Shown: one piece after another, positions 6,767 through 14,226 of the stretch
Layout of the letters: every line of letters starts with the position of its first letter
Position numbering within the stretch: the stretch's first letter is position 1
Source: a virus
Lineage: Duplodnaviria; Caudoviricetes
Length of the DNA: 26,382 nt
IMG/VR virus record: IMGVR_UViG_3300032243_000668
Coordinates: 1-26,382 of that record
Strand: one strand, 5' to 3'
Made by a program: the position numbers and the translations under genes
The notes under the pieces: model-generated
Database searches by the model: none
Seen by the model: the letters and a program-made list of their open reading frames with translations, nothing else
What the model was told of the DNA's origin: nothing

Positions 6767-7867
6767 GTGGCATACTCTTACGTTAAAAAAGGAAATCCTT
6801 GGTTCTATATTCGTTTTAAAGATCCCACCGGCAAGTGGCGCACTAAAAGTACCCGCTACCGAATCGACAATACCCTCCACCGTGCGAAGGCAACGGCCGA
6901 AGCCGCTCGACTTGGCGTTAATGAAAAAACAAAAGATTGCGGCCACGATTGGGTTGAGGATTTGATTGAAAATCACCCAGTTTCCCCTCTGACAAAAGTG
7001 TATTACCGAAATTGCTGGCGTCATCTTGCTCGTTTTATTAGTGAGAAAAAAATAACCCTGCAAGCGTTTTCTCCATCCGATTGTGAAATTTATTTGAAAT
7101 GGCGCCAAAGCCTTCCCCGCACGTCGGGCGGTAAGGCTGGACGCAACCAAGCGTGCCAAGACCTCAAGATTCTTAAATGGATTCACCGCCAAGGCAGACT
7201 GCTTGGCAAGATGGATTCTGTAGCCCTTCTGGATTACAGAATTAAGAGAGGGCCGATCTCCCGCGTTAAACCCATTTTTTCGGATAATGAAGTTAAAATC
7301 ACCCGGAAGGCTCTGGCCGTCGACGGTGTGCCCGAATGGATGCGAATCAGCTTTGAGATCGCCTTGGCCACGGGGTGCAGATTGCGTGAGACGCAGATTC
7401 CCTTGCAATGCGTCGACCTGAAGAATCGCATCCTTACGTTCCCCTGCCCCAAGGGTGGCACCGGCAAATCGTTCAGCATTCCCATCCCGGCCGCCATCGA
7501 ACCCATGCTTGCCAAGATGAAGGCCGAGGGCCGCGAGATCACTTGCGAAGTGCCACGCACGCGAGCCTCTCTTTGCTGGCGTAGGCTCTTGGATATATGC
7601 GGGCTTAAGCGTCACTGCTTTCACTCCCTGCGTGTAACTCGTGTAACCAGGCTTCGGCTTTCAGGGTGTTCGCAATCTGTCGCCATGCGACTCGTGAACC
7701 ATTCTTCGACTCTAGTTCATGAACTTTACCAGCGGCACTGTGTAGACGACTTGCGCGATGCTGTGAATTTAGGCCAATCGTCTGCATTATCCGCCAGCGA
7801 TCAAAGTCACTCGGAATTACCTTACCCGCGAGCAGCGGGAATCCAGGCAACGCCTGCATTTGCTTAA
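6767..7867 (+). CDS. int: Tyrosine integrase
   Basis: N-terminal arm-binding-like WFYIRFKDPTGKWRTKST; catalytic ATGCRLRE, FHSLR, VNHSS, ELY; adjacent attP. Confidence 0.93.
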   Translation: MAYSYVKKGNPWFYIRFKDPTGKWRTKSTRYRIDNTLHRAKATAEAARLGVNEKTKDCGHDWVEDLIENHPVSPLTKVYYRNCWRHLARFISEKKITLQAFSPSDCEIYLKWRQSLPRTSGGKAGRNQACQDLKILKWIHRQGRLLGKMDSVALLDYRIKRGPISRVKPIFSDNEVKITRKALAVDGVPEWMRISFEIALATGCRLRETQIPLQCVDLKNRILTFPCPKGGTGKSFSIPIPAAIEPMLAKMKAEGREITCEVPRTRASLCWRRLLDICGLKRHCFHSLRVTRVTRLRLSGCSQSVAMRLVNHSSTLVHELYQRHCVDDLRDAVNLGQSSALSASDQSHSELPYPRAAGIQATPAFA

Positions 7868-7973
7868 TCCTCACGTAACCCAGCCCGTAAGCGGCGCCTA
7901 ATTGGCGAAGGGAAAGAGCTTGGTTCTGCTGACGCAGTTTCATGGCAATATCGTTGAGACGCCCCAAGCTCAT
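7605..7973 (-). CDS. Excisionase/AlpA-like HTH protein
   Basis: LSLRQLGAAYGLGYVRIKQM...GFPL...DFDRW; convergent with int; first gene after the leftward RHH gene. Confidence 0.55.
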   Translation of the reverse strand: MSLGRLNDIAMKLRQQNQALSLRQLGAAYGLGYVRIKQMQALPGFPLLAGKVIPSDFDRWRIMQTIGLNSQHRASRLHSAAGKVHELESKNGSRVAWRQIANTLKAEAWLHELHAGSESSDA

Positions 7974-7980
7974 AGAGGTA

Positions 7981-8136
7981 CTATTGCTTATCCTTTTCTT
8001 CGAGCTGCGCCTCGATGAGTTGCGTGACTAGCTGCGAAAAGGAAAGTCTGCGATCGTCTGCAAGTTTGAATCCAGCCTTCTTCACGTCGAGCGGTAGATA
8101 AAGATTGGTTTGCTCATTTTCTACTGCTCGTGCCAT
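7981..8136 (-). CDS. Ribbon-helix-helix regulator (51 aa, Cro-like position), not in ORF track
   Basis: MARAVENEQTNLYLPLDVKKAGFKLADDRRLSFSQLVTQLIEAQLEEKDKQ; beta-strand then helix-S-x-S-helix. Confidence 0.82.
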   Translation of the reverse strand: MARAVENEQTNLYLPLDVKKAGFKLADDRRLSFSQLVTQLIEAQLEEKDKQ

Positions 8137-8138
8137 AG

Positions 8139-8233
8139 GCGCACTTTGTGCGCACATTGTAATGCGTCAATAGATTTCTGTTATTTTTTTCTTTAATCTT
8201 GCATTGCGCACAACTAGCGCATATTATGCGTCA
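8139..8233. promoter_or_regulatory. Divergent promoters and operators
   Basis: Rightward TTGCAT(8199)-17 nt-TATTAT(8222)-6 nt-ATG; leftward TTGACG(8170)-16 nt-CAAAGT-6 nt-ATG; GCGC-N7-GCGC at 8139-8153 (palindrome GCGCAC-TTT-GTGCGC) and 8206-8220, each followed by ATGCGTCAAT. Confidence 0.7.
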
Positions 8234-8419
8234 ATGAATAAGCAGAGAACGAACATTTACCTGCCAGCAGACATTAAGAGAAAGGCTTTTGATTTGGCTA
8301 ATAAAGGTGGCTTATCCCTTTCGGCATATATCACGCAGTTAATTCTGCGGGAATGTGCAATCGCGGATGGCAGGATTAAGGGTGAACTTGCTATTTTCAC
8401 TAAGACTAATAAAAAATAA
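8234..8419 (+). CDS. Ribbon-helix-helix regulator (61 aa, repressor-like position)
   Basis: MNKQRTNIYLPADIKRKAFDLANKGGLSLSAYITQLILRE, CopG/Arc pattern; ATG 8234 preferred over TTG 8204. Confidence 0.82.
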   Translation: MNKQRTNIYLPADIKRKAFDLANKGGLSLSAYITQLILRECAIADGRIKGELAIFTKTNKK

Positions 8420-8423
8420 CTAG

Positions 8424-8906
8424 ATGCAACCCTTCTTAATTGTTTGTTTATTCTTTGGACTATGTCCCCTTGCGCACTCTCAAGTAATTAGTGATTCAAA
8501 GCAAAAGGTGGGCGGCGGAGGTTATTACACGCGAATAGCCACGGACGGCGAAGTGCGGAGAAGCAAGGATCTGCAACAGACTCCAACCGGGATGACCTCA
8601 AAAATGGTATGGGTGACTCCTGGTAAAGTAGCGGCAAGACACAAGGAGGATGGCAAGATCACCCTAGAGATTACTTACGTTAAAAAAACCGATGACGGCG
8701 AGGAGGGCACAACCTTACTAGTGGCTGATCATCCAGACGCTGCTTACGTTGCTGTGGGTGAGTCAGCTAGGTGCATTGTAGTACCAGGCCCAATTCACGA
8801 CGATTTTCAGGGCAGGCGCATTTACTATTTCTTCGACAAAAAAGAGGTCAACAACAACAATTTGCTGCAGTTTAAGGCTCGCCACGCCGACGCCAATTTG
8901 GAGTAG
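8424..8906 (+). CDS. Secreted/periplasmic protein, probably expressed in lysogeny
   Basis: Signal peptide MQPFLIVCLFFGLCPLAHS; 4 nt after the rightward RHH gene. Confidence 0.7.
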   Translation: MQPFLIVCLFFGLCPLAHSQVISDSKQKVGGGGYYTRIATDGEVRRSKDLQQTPTGMTSKMVWVTPGKVAARHKEDGKITLEITYVKKTDDGEEGTTLLVADHPDAAYVAVGESARCIVVPGPIHDDFQGRRIYYFFDKKEVNNNNLLQFKARHADANLE

Positions 8907-9198
8907 CAACCTTATTTAAAGGCGTGAGCCGGTAGTGTGGTATCTTGCGGCAATGGCCTAGAAACTTTTTCCCTTTTGAATCAACGTGAGGCAAGCGGAT
9001 CACATAATTTTTTTTCTCGGCTCTGCCATCTTTAACCAAATGAGCTAAAAGTTTGTTCGCGTAATTTGCTGACTTACCCCAAAGCTCGGCTATCTGGTTT
9101 TTAGTTAGCCATCCATCGGGTACTACCTCCTGCCGATACCCAGCGACATACTCACTCAGGACGGTTGCCCAATCCGACTTTACACTGGGTATCGCCAT
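8872..9198 (-). CDS. Winged-helix DNA-binding protein (108 aa)
   Basis: GWLTKNQIAELWGKSANYANKLLAHLVKDGRAEKK...PHYRL; ATG 9198 overlaps the phosphoesterase end. Confidence 0.7.
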   Translation of the reverse strand: MAIPSVKSDWATVLSEYVAGYRQEVVPDGWLTKNQIAELWGKSANYANKLLAHLVKDGRAEKKNYVIRLPHVDSKGKKFLGHCRKIPHYRLTPLNKVATPNWRRRGEP

Positions 9199-9923
9199 AC
9201 GCCTCCTATTGGTGAAAGCACGTTTACCGTGCATCCCTGGCCGCCCTCTACGTACTCGCCCCAGGCTACTCCGTGCTGCCACCTAGTTACAGATCGCTGG
9301 CGCCGGGCGTAGTGCATGCTGGGAATATCAGCTAGGCAACCGATCGACCAACCCACGGGTGCGCCAAAACTACGGCCCGCAGTTCGATCTATCCTGTGCA
9401 GATGTCCCATTACGATAGGCTTTTGAACCATCTCCACATGATCACGCACCGCGCTGGATTCCGAAAACATATAGCCGTGGCCAAACGCTGTGCCTCCTAG
9501 AATGCGCCAGCCTTTCTCTATATCGTAAGGGATATACTGTGCCTTTAGATCCTTGCACATGTTATAGATCTCCGACTTAGCCGACGTGCAGCAGTGCGCC
9601 ACAATTGCGCTAGGCGAGTACTGAAGAGCCGTTAGGCGGTGCTCATGGTTTCCCTCAAAGATGTAGCGTGGCGCCAGTTCTCGAACGAAATTAACCCCTG
9701 CATCAAAATCCTCGCGGATGGACGAACTGCGTTCGGGAGAATCTGGGTCTTTCCTTGCGCTACCCATTAGCCCGGACAGATCAACAAAATCTCCGAGGTG
9801 AAGAGTGGTGTCTGGATTCCAACGGCGCTTCATTTCCAGCGCAGCCTTGCAAGCGGCCGCGTTCGCCAGATGTCCGTGGCTACAGCTCACCGCCAGCCAC
9901 CGTTTCCACTTGCGAACGATCAT
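9180..9923 (-). CDS. Calcineurin-like metallophosphoesterase
   Basis: SCSHG, LGDFVD, EGNHE, FGHG, MGHLH. Confidence 0.88.
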   Translation of the reverse strand: MIVRKWKRWLAVSCSHGHLANAAACKAALEMKRRWNPDTTLHLGDFVDLSGLMGSARKDPDSPERSSSIREDFDAGVNFVRELAPRYIFEGNHEHRLTALQYSPSAIVAHCCTSAKSEIYNMCKDLKAQYIPYDIEKGWRILGGTAFGHGYMFSESSAVRDHVEMVQKPIVMGHLHRIDRTAGRSFGAPVGWSIGCLADIPSMHYARRQRSVTRWQHGVAWGEYVEGGQGCTVNVLSPIGGVWRYPV

Positions 9924-10234
9924 TTCTTATCAGCGGCCGACGGGAATCCTTCCAGCACGGCTAGAATCTGACGGCAACTTTCCCGTGATTGTGCCGCAAC
10001 CACGCTTTCGTCGCTCGCCCCAATCAGTGCAATCTCCGCGATCACGGATAGCTGCATCTTCAAAGTGTGGACGTAGGTACATAGATCGAGCACCTCTTCC
10101 CACGCATCTTTCCACACGGGCCTGCGCCACAACGCCCCACCGTGCTCCTCTTGCCCCTTGCGATACTTAGCTTCTAAATCCCTGCTTAAATCACGCACAA
10201 TACCCGCCAGATGCTTCTCGTGTTCTGGGGTCAC
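9920..10234 (-). CDS. All-helical protein, MazG/NTP-pyrophosphohydrolase-like
   Basis: KYRKGQEEHG...DAWEEVLDLCTY resembles the EExxD motif; GTGA overlap with the endolysin stop. Confidence 0.5.
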   Translation of the reverse strand: MTPEHEKHLAGIVRDLSRDLEAKYRKGQEEHGGALWRRPVWKDAWEEVLDLCTYVHTLKMQLSVIAEIALIGASDESVVAAQSRESCRQILAVLEGFPSAADKK

Positions 10235-10752
10235 CGTGAACTCCACGGCTTGCTATTAACTAGGCTGGTCGCCTTGCTTTGTTTGCGGATGTCCTTGACC
10301 ACTACTTGTTCCACAGGCTTGCGTGAGATGTCACGCCAGCTCTTGTATTTACTAGATTGCAGGTGGCCTGTTTCCCAAGAGATAGCGGCCAGCTCAAAAG
10401 TAACGCCAACGTGCTCGCCAAGGCGGAAAGCCGTTTCGTTTTCCCAATCTGCGAGCCATAGATCTGCGTTTTTGCCCGACTGCTTCAACGGCACCCAATC
10501 AAACGCCAGCCCGTAGTTGTGATAGCTTTCCCCTGGCTTGGCTTTGGTCACGATCTTGCTGCTACCGTCCGTCCTTCCTTTCGCATAAAGCGCAGCCTGC
10601 TCCTCCATTGTGCGACGGCCGCAGTAGATAAGTGGCTCGATTCTGCTAGTGACCATTTCGTTAACCCAACCCCTCACCTGTTTTTGAAATCTAGCGTCTA
10701 ACGAATCAATCGCCCGCAGGGTGCGGGAGCTGGCTTCCGCGAGGCTGGTCAC
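10231..10752 (-). CDS. Endolysin, M15-family L-Ala-D-Glu peptidase
   Basis: GRRTMEEQAALYAKGR, VTKAKPGESYHNYGLAFD, WETGHLQ. Confidence 0.9.
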   Translation of the reverse strand: MTSLAEASSRTLRAIDSLDARFQKQVRGWVNEMVTSRIEPLIYCGRRTMEEQAALYAKGRTDGSSKIVTKAKPGESYHNYGLAFDWVPLKQSGKNADLWLADWENETAFRLGEHVGVTFELAAISWETGHLQSSKYKSWRDISRKPVEQVVVKDIRKQSKATSLVNSKPWSSR

Positions 10753-11000
10753 TGATTCCTCGCTCGCTCTCTTTCAGTTTCTGCCAAGCTATCAGAAAGC
10801 GCTTTGAGCGATTGCGCAAACAGATCTCTGTAAGCCTGCGGGCAGGGTTTGTTTGTTCGTTCGGCCTTGTCCCACTCGTAGATGAAGTAGCTGATCGTGT
10901 CCGGGCTTGGCGGCGGGCCGTCCTGCGTTTGCGAGGTTGTCGCACAGGAGCAGAGCGCCAGACTAAGAGCTAGTAGGAGGGCGTTTCGTCCACCAGGCAT
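10749..11000 (-). CDS. Lipoprotein, o-spanin-like
   Basis: Lipobox LALCSC, Pro-rich GPPPSP, overlaps the 3' end of the i-spanin-like gene in another frame. Confidence 0.7.
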   Translation of the reverse strand: MPGGRNALLLALSLALCSCATTSQTQDGPPPSPDTISYFIYEWDKAERTNKPCPQAYRDLFAQSLKALSDSLAETERERARNQ

Positions 11001-11133
11001 CTATATCTCTCAATCTTTTGCGACGTTCTAGTTCGATCGCCTCAAAGTTGCGTTGAAGCGGTGATTTACGTTTTAAAAACCAGAGCACAATCCCAATTAT
11101 CCCGCCCAACGCCGTTAATATACCGGCGATCAT
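10963..11133 (-). CDS. i-spanin-like membrane protein (56 aa), not in ORF track
   Basis: MIAGILTALGGIIGIVLWFLKRKSPLQRNFEAIELERRKRLRDIDAWWTKRPPTSS: one TM segment then a charged helix. Confidence 0.62.
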   Translation of the reverse strand: MIAGILTALGGIIGIVLWFLKRKSPLQRNFEAIELERRKRLRDIDAWWTKRPPTSS

Positions 11134-11139
11134 GGGCGA

Positions 11140-11310
11140 CTATTTTCGCGAGAATTTACTCAGAAAATCAACTATGCGACCGAGGGTGCGCTCTGGCTCG
11201 TCGCCAGGGATAAACGCCGCCACGGCTGCAACGGCTGCCAATAGGGCGGTAAGTGCACCAAGGGCGCCAAGCCAGTCAATTTTAAGTAGTTGGGGGATGA
11301 TTGTTTCCAT
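11140..11310 (-). CDS. Holin-like membrane protein (56 aa), not in ORF track
   Basis: METIIPQLLKIDWLGALGALTALLAAVAAVAAFIPGDEPERTLGRIVDFLSKFSRK. Confidence 0.65.
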   Translation of the reverse strand: METIIPQLLKIDWLGALGALTALLAAVAAVAAFIPGDEPERTLGRIVDFLSKFSRK

Positions 11311-11325
11311 GCCCCTAGCGGGGTG

Positions 11326-11586
11326 TCAAAGGCTGAACCGACGCTTGATCAGCTCCCACGCCGTGCTTACCACTGCCCCGGATACCAGAGCCACTAGCCA
11401 CAGTTTTGTTTTAATCGTGTGGGCGTCGCGCTCCATGTTAGTTAGACGGCCGTGATACTCGCCCAGGCTGGCTTGCGAGCGTTCTAGTAAATCTAAAATT
11501 ACCGTCTGGCGGGTTTCAATTCTTGCAATGCTCTCACGGACTAGGCTTAACCGCTCCGAAAGTTCAGCGACTTGGTCGGTGCTCAT
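11326..11586 (-). CDS. Coiled-coil protein with C-terminal TM (XhlA/holin-like)
   Basis: RESIARIETRQ...RLTNMERD heptads then LWLVALVSGAVVSTAW. Confidence 0.7.
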   Translation of the reverse strand: MSTDQVAELSERLSLVRESIARIETRQTVILDLLERSQASLGEYHGRLTNMERDAHTIKTKLWLVALVSGAVVSTAWELIKRRFSL

Positions 11587-11738
11587 AGAGTGGCGTTCTC
11601 AGCTCCGTCAGCGATCCGCACCCATTCGTTACCCTGGGCGTCCGTCCAGCGAACAATAAATCCTTCTGCCTCTAAAAAGCGCAGGCTGGCAGTAAATTCA
11701 CGCCAGCCGGGCGTGTTGCGATCGTCGGGCGCAGTCAT
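11583..11738 (-). CDS. Hypothetical protein (51 aa), not in ORF track
   Basis: MTAPDDRNTPGWREFTASLRFLEAEGFIVRWTDAQGNEWVRIADGAENATL; abuts the upstream stop, ATGA overlap downstream. Confidence 0.65.
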   Translation of the reverse strand: MTAPDDRNTPGWREFTASLRFLEAEGFIVRWTDAQGNEWVRIADGAENATL

Positions 11739-11891
11739 TCATTTTACCCTGCCCGCATCGGCCGCTGCACCCATGTCGCTATAGCGAGGTAGCTGTTCTT
11801 GGATTGTTCCGGTGTCGCCAAAGCAACCGATTAGACATACGGGAAGAAACAGGATCAGAAACAGAGCTACGATGGGCATAGCGACTCTCAT
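11739..11891 (-). CDS. Small putative lipoprotein (50 aa)
   Basis: MRVAMPIVALFLILFLPVCLIGC, lipobox-like LIGC. Confidence 0.6.
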   Translation of the reverse strand: MRVAMPIVALFLILFLPVCLIGCFGDTGTIQEQLPRYSDMGAAADAGRVK

Positions 11892-11943
11892 TGGATAAAT
11901 CCGTAGCGGGCTGGCCTTGGCGAAAGAGCAGGGATGAGAGACA

Positions 11944-12636
11944 TTAGATACTACCATCCAATGTTCTTGAATTTCCAGATCCAGAAAATCTTGCCCAATC
12001 AATGTAATAATCCCTAGCTGTTGTTCCTGCTGTTTTTAAGATAGAAAAATGAGGACAAACTGCGGCTGATGGAATGTTTGTAGTATGAGTTGCGACAAGC
12101 ACATTGTTAATTAAGAACTCAACCGAGGTTGTTCCGTTTGCCCTAACTAGAAATGTGTTAAATGCCGCAGTAGATGCGGCAATTCCAGTATCAGTTGTTG
12201 TACCAGTAGAGCTATTGTAGGTGTAAGCCTGCCAATTTGCAGATGCGTTACTGTAAAAGAACCCAGCACTTCTTGTGGTTACGCCAGCATTAGCTGATGT
12301 ACTACTATTAAAACCAAGAAAAACTCTGTATGAGTTTGTTCCGTCGGCCAATGCGTTTAGAATAAATCGAAAGGCTAATGAAATCCTATTCCAGCCAGAA
12401 AGATTTATAGATATTGAACCAGCCAAACCGCTTGCACCAGAAGTTCCAGTTGATGTTGTCCCATAATATATTCCATTAATTTGTGAATTCGTATATGCTG
12501 GAACATCGGCGTATCCACCACCAGCACTTGTTTGAACAAGAAAAAGACCTTGTGCTTGTAAAAAGAAGTCATCCAATAAATCAAAATCTGATAAATTGTT
12601 AAACCAATTTGACTTAGCTTTTGAAAGAGGCATCAC
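11944..12636 (-). CDS. Virion/receptor-binding protein with lectin-like beta-sandwich
   Basis: T/S/G/N-rich; VEFLINNVLVATHT...YYIDW pattern; follows the tail fibre gene; AT-richer. Confidence 0.6.
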   Translation of the reverse strand: MMPLSKAKSNWFNNLSDFDLLDDFFLQAQGLFLVQTSAGGGYADVPAYTNSQINGIYYGTTSTGTSGASGLAGSISINLSGWNRISLAFRFILNALADGTNSYRVFLGFNSSTSANAGVTTRSAGFFYSNASANWQAYTYNSSTGTTTDTGIAASTAAFNTFLVRANGTTSVEFLINNVLVATHTTNIPSAAVCPHFSILKTAGTTARDYYIDWARFSGSGNSRTLDGSI

Positions 12637-12642
12637 CTGCTC

Positions 12643-13872
12643 CTAGCTAACTTGCGTCACACGAGCCGTGCCAGCCGTGGCAAACACAGCGGAGTGTGTA
12701 ATAGTTGTCTGGTGGTTCGGCACTTCGTAGTAATCCCCTGCAAATAGACGCACTTGGTAGGCGATGGTAGTGCAAGTTGCCCCTGCACATATATGAAGGT
12801 TTCCAGCTCCCTCGTTAAAAATTGTCAGCACTTTCCTTCCCGCATTGAAATTAGCTAACACGGTAGAGGGAGTGGTGCTGGTAAAGTTAGAGGTAGTGAC
12901 TGCCGTGCCTTGGACGGCAAAGGTGTTAGCGGTGACTGAACCGATCTGGTTTGTTCCAGCGGGGATAGACTGCACTAAGACTGAAATTGTCTCAAGTGCA
13001 CCATCTTCTGTAACAAGAAATGGGACTGGCTCCCAACTTGAGCCATTATACCATCGACCTTCACCCGCCACCGTGCCAGAGATGGGGAGAGGGTTAGCCC
13101 CTGATATTTGACCTCCACCATTTGTTATCTGTACGGGTATTACAAAAGGGTCTGTTGCCGATTGGATTCCTTCATCATAAGCAATAAGTGGTATTTGTAG
13201 AGTTGCTGTTGAATTGGCATTTTTGCCAAAAATATTTGCCGTGACTGTGCCAGAGATGGTGGGGAGGGAGCTAACCGTGACGGTGGTGCTGGCGAGCGTT
13301 ACGCCGTGAGTTGGAACAGATGCTAGTGAAACGGCCTGCGTCGCCTGCCAGAATGTGCCGCTAACGGGCACCGTGCCTGAGATGCTTGCCGTTACAGAGC
13401 CAATCTGTGCCGTTCCAGCTCCGATAGTCACCGTTCCACCGCCAATCGTCACCACTCCGATGCGGTTTGTTCCTGTTGGTAGACTGCCCTCTACAATTCC
13501 AACTGGAACCCAAGTTTGACCTTGAACAAATGCTTGTCCTCCTACGCTTTTTATATTAACGGCAATGTCTGAATTTCCGCCACTATACACCGCCAAGGCC
13601 GAGGTCAAGTTTGATGCGGTAACAGACCCGATCTGCGCCGTTCCGGCCGCTAAAGCGGGGAGCGAGCTGACGGTGACGCTGTTTCCTACGGTGACAGTTC
13701 CGATGACAGTAGTGACTGATGCAGCTTGAACTGTAATTGCAGGCATCGTCACCACGTTTACGCTCACCACATTGGCTACGGTGACTGTGGATGAAAGTGC
13801 CCCTGAGATAACGGGTGCGCTTAATGTTACGACGGCGGGCGTTTCGGTAATCTGTAGGTAAATATCGCTCAT
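12643..13872 (-). CDS. Tail fibre-like protein with internal repeats
   Basis: Repeats GTAQIGSVTA/GTNQIGSVTA/GTNRIGVVT and P(T)ISGTV; V/T/S/G-rich; C-terminal globular domain. Confidence 0.68.
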   Translation of the reverse strand: MSDIYLQITETPAVVTLSAPVISGALSSTVTVANVVSVNVVTMPAITVQAASVTTVIGTVTVGNSVTVSSLPALAAGTAQIGSVTASNLTSALAVYSGGNSDIAVNIKSVGGQAFVQGQTWVPVGIVEGSLPTGTNRIGVVTIGGGTVTIGAGTAQIGSVTASISGTVPVSGTFWQATQAVSLASVPTHGVTLASTTVTVSSLPTISGTVTANIFGKNANSTATLQIPLIAYDEGIQSATDPFVIPVQITNGGGQISGANPLPISGTVAGEGRWYNGSSWEPVPFLVTEDGALETISVLVQSIPAGTNQIGSVTANTFAVQGTAVTTSNFTSTTPSTVLANFNAGRKVLTIFNEGAGNLHICAGATCTTIAYQVRLFAGDYYEVPNHQTTITHSAVFATAGTARVTQVS

Positions 13873-14204
13873 GGTATGGTAATCCTTGGGCTTAATGTCA
13901 CAACGCCTTCAAGCAATCGGGTAGCGATGCCTGCGCTAGTTACTTGAATTAGGTCATACTTCGCCCCAGCGGTAGGCACGAGCAAGCTGGCCGCTGACGT
14001 GACGGAAAGGCGAAGTTGGCCACCGGCCGCTGATACCACGCTGGTCGCAATCTGCGTGACTACGGTGCCCCCAGGCATCTGGCGGATCTGGGCGGTGAAC
14101 GTTTTGTCCGTAAGACTTATGGCCCCCTGAGTAGCAGTGGTGAGGAACAGGTCGCGAGTCCAATCTGTTCCCTGCTCAATGGTGATGTTGTAAGAGGCGG
14201 CCAT
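13869..14204 (-). CDS. Tail fibre adaptor (BppU/LtfC-like)
   Basis: YNITIEQGTDW...FTAQIR...YDL...RLLEGVVTLSPRIT, a common phage adaptor pattern. Confidence 0.7.
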   Translation of the reverse strand: MAASYNITIEQGTDWTRDLFLTTATQGAISLTDKTFTAQIRQMPGGTVVTQIATSVVSAAGGQLRLSVTSAASLLVPTAGAKYDLIQVTSAGIATRLLEGVVTLSPRITIP

Positions 14205-14226
14205 GTGGATCTCGGGTGGGCTAATG

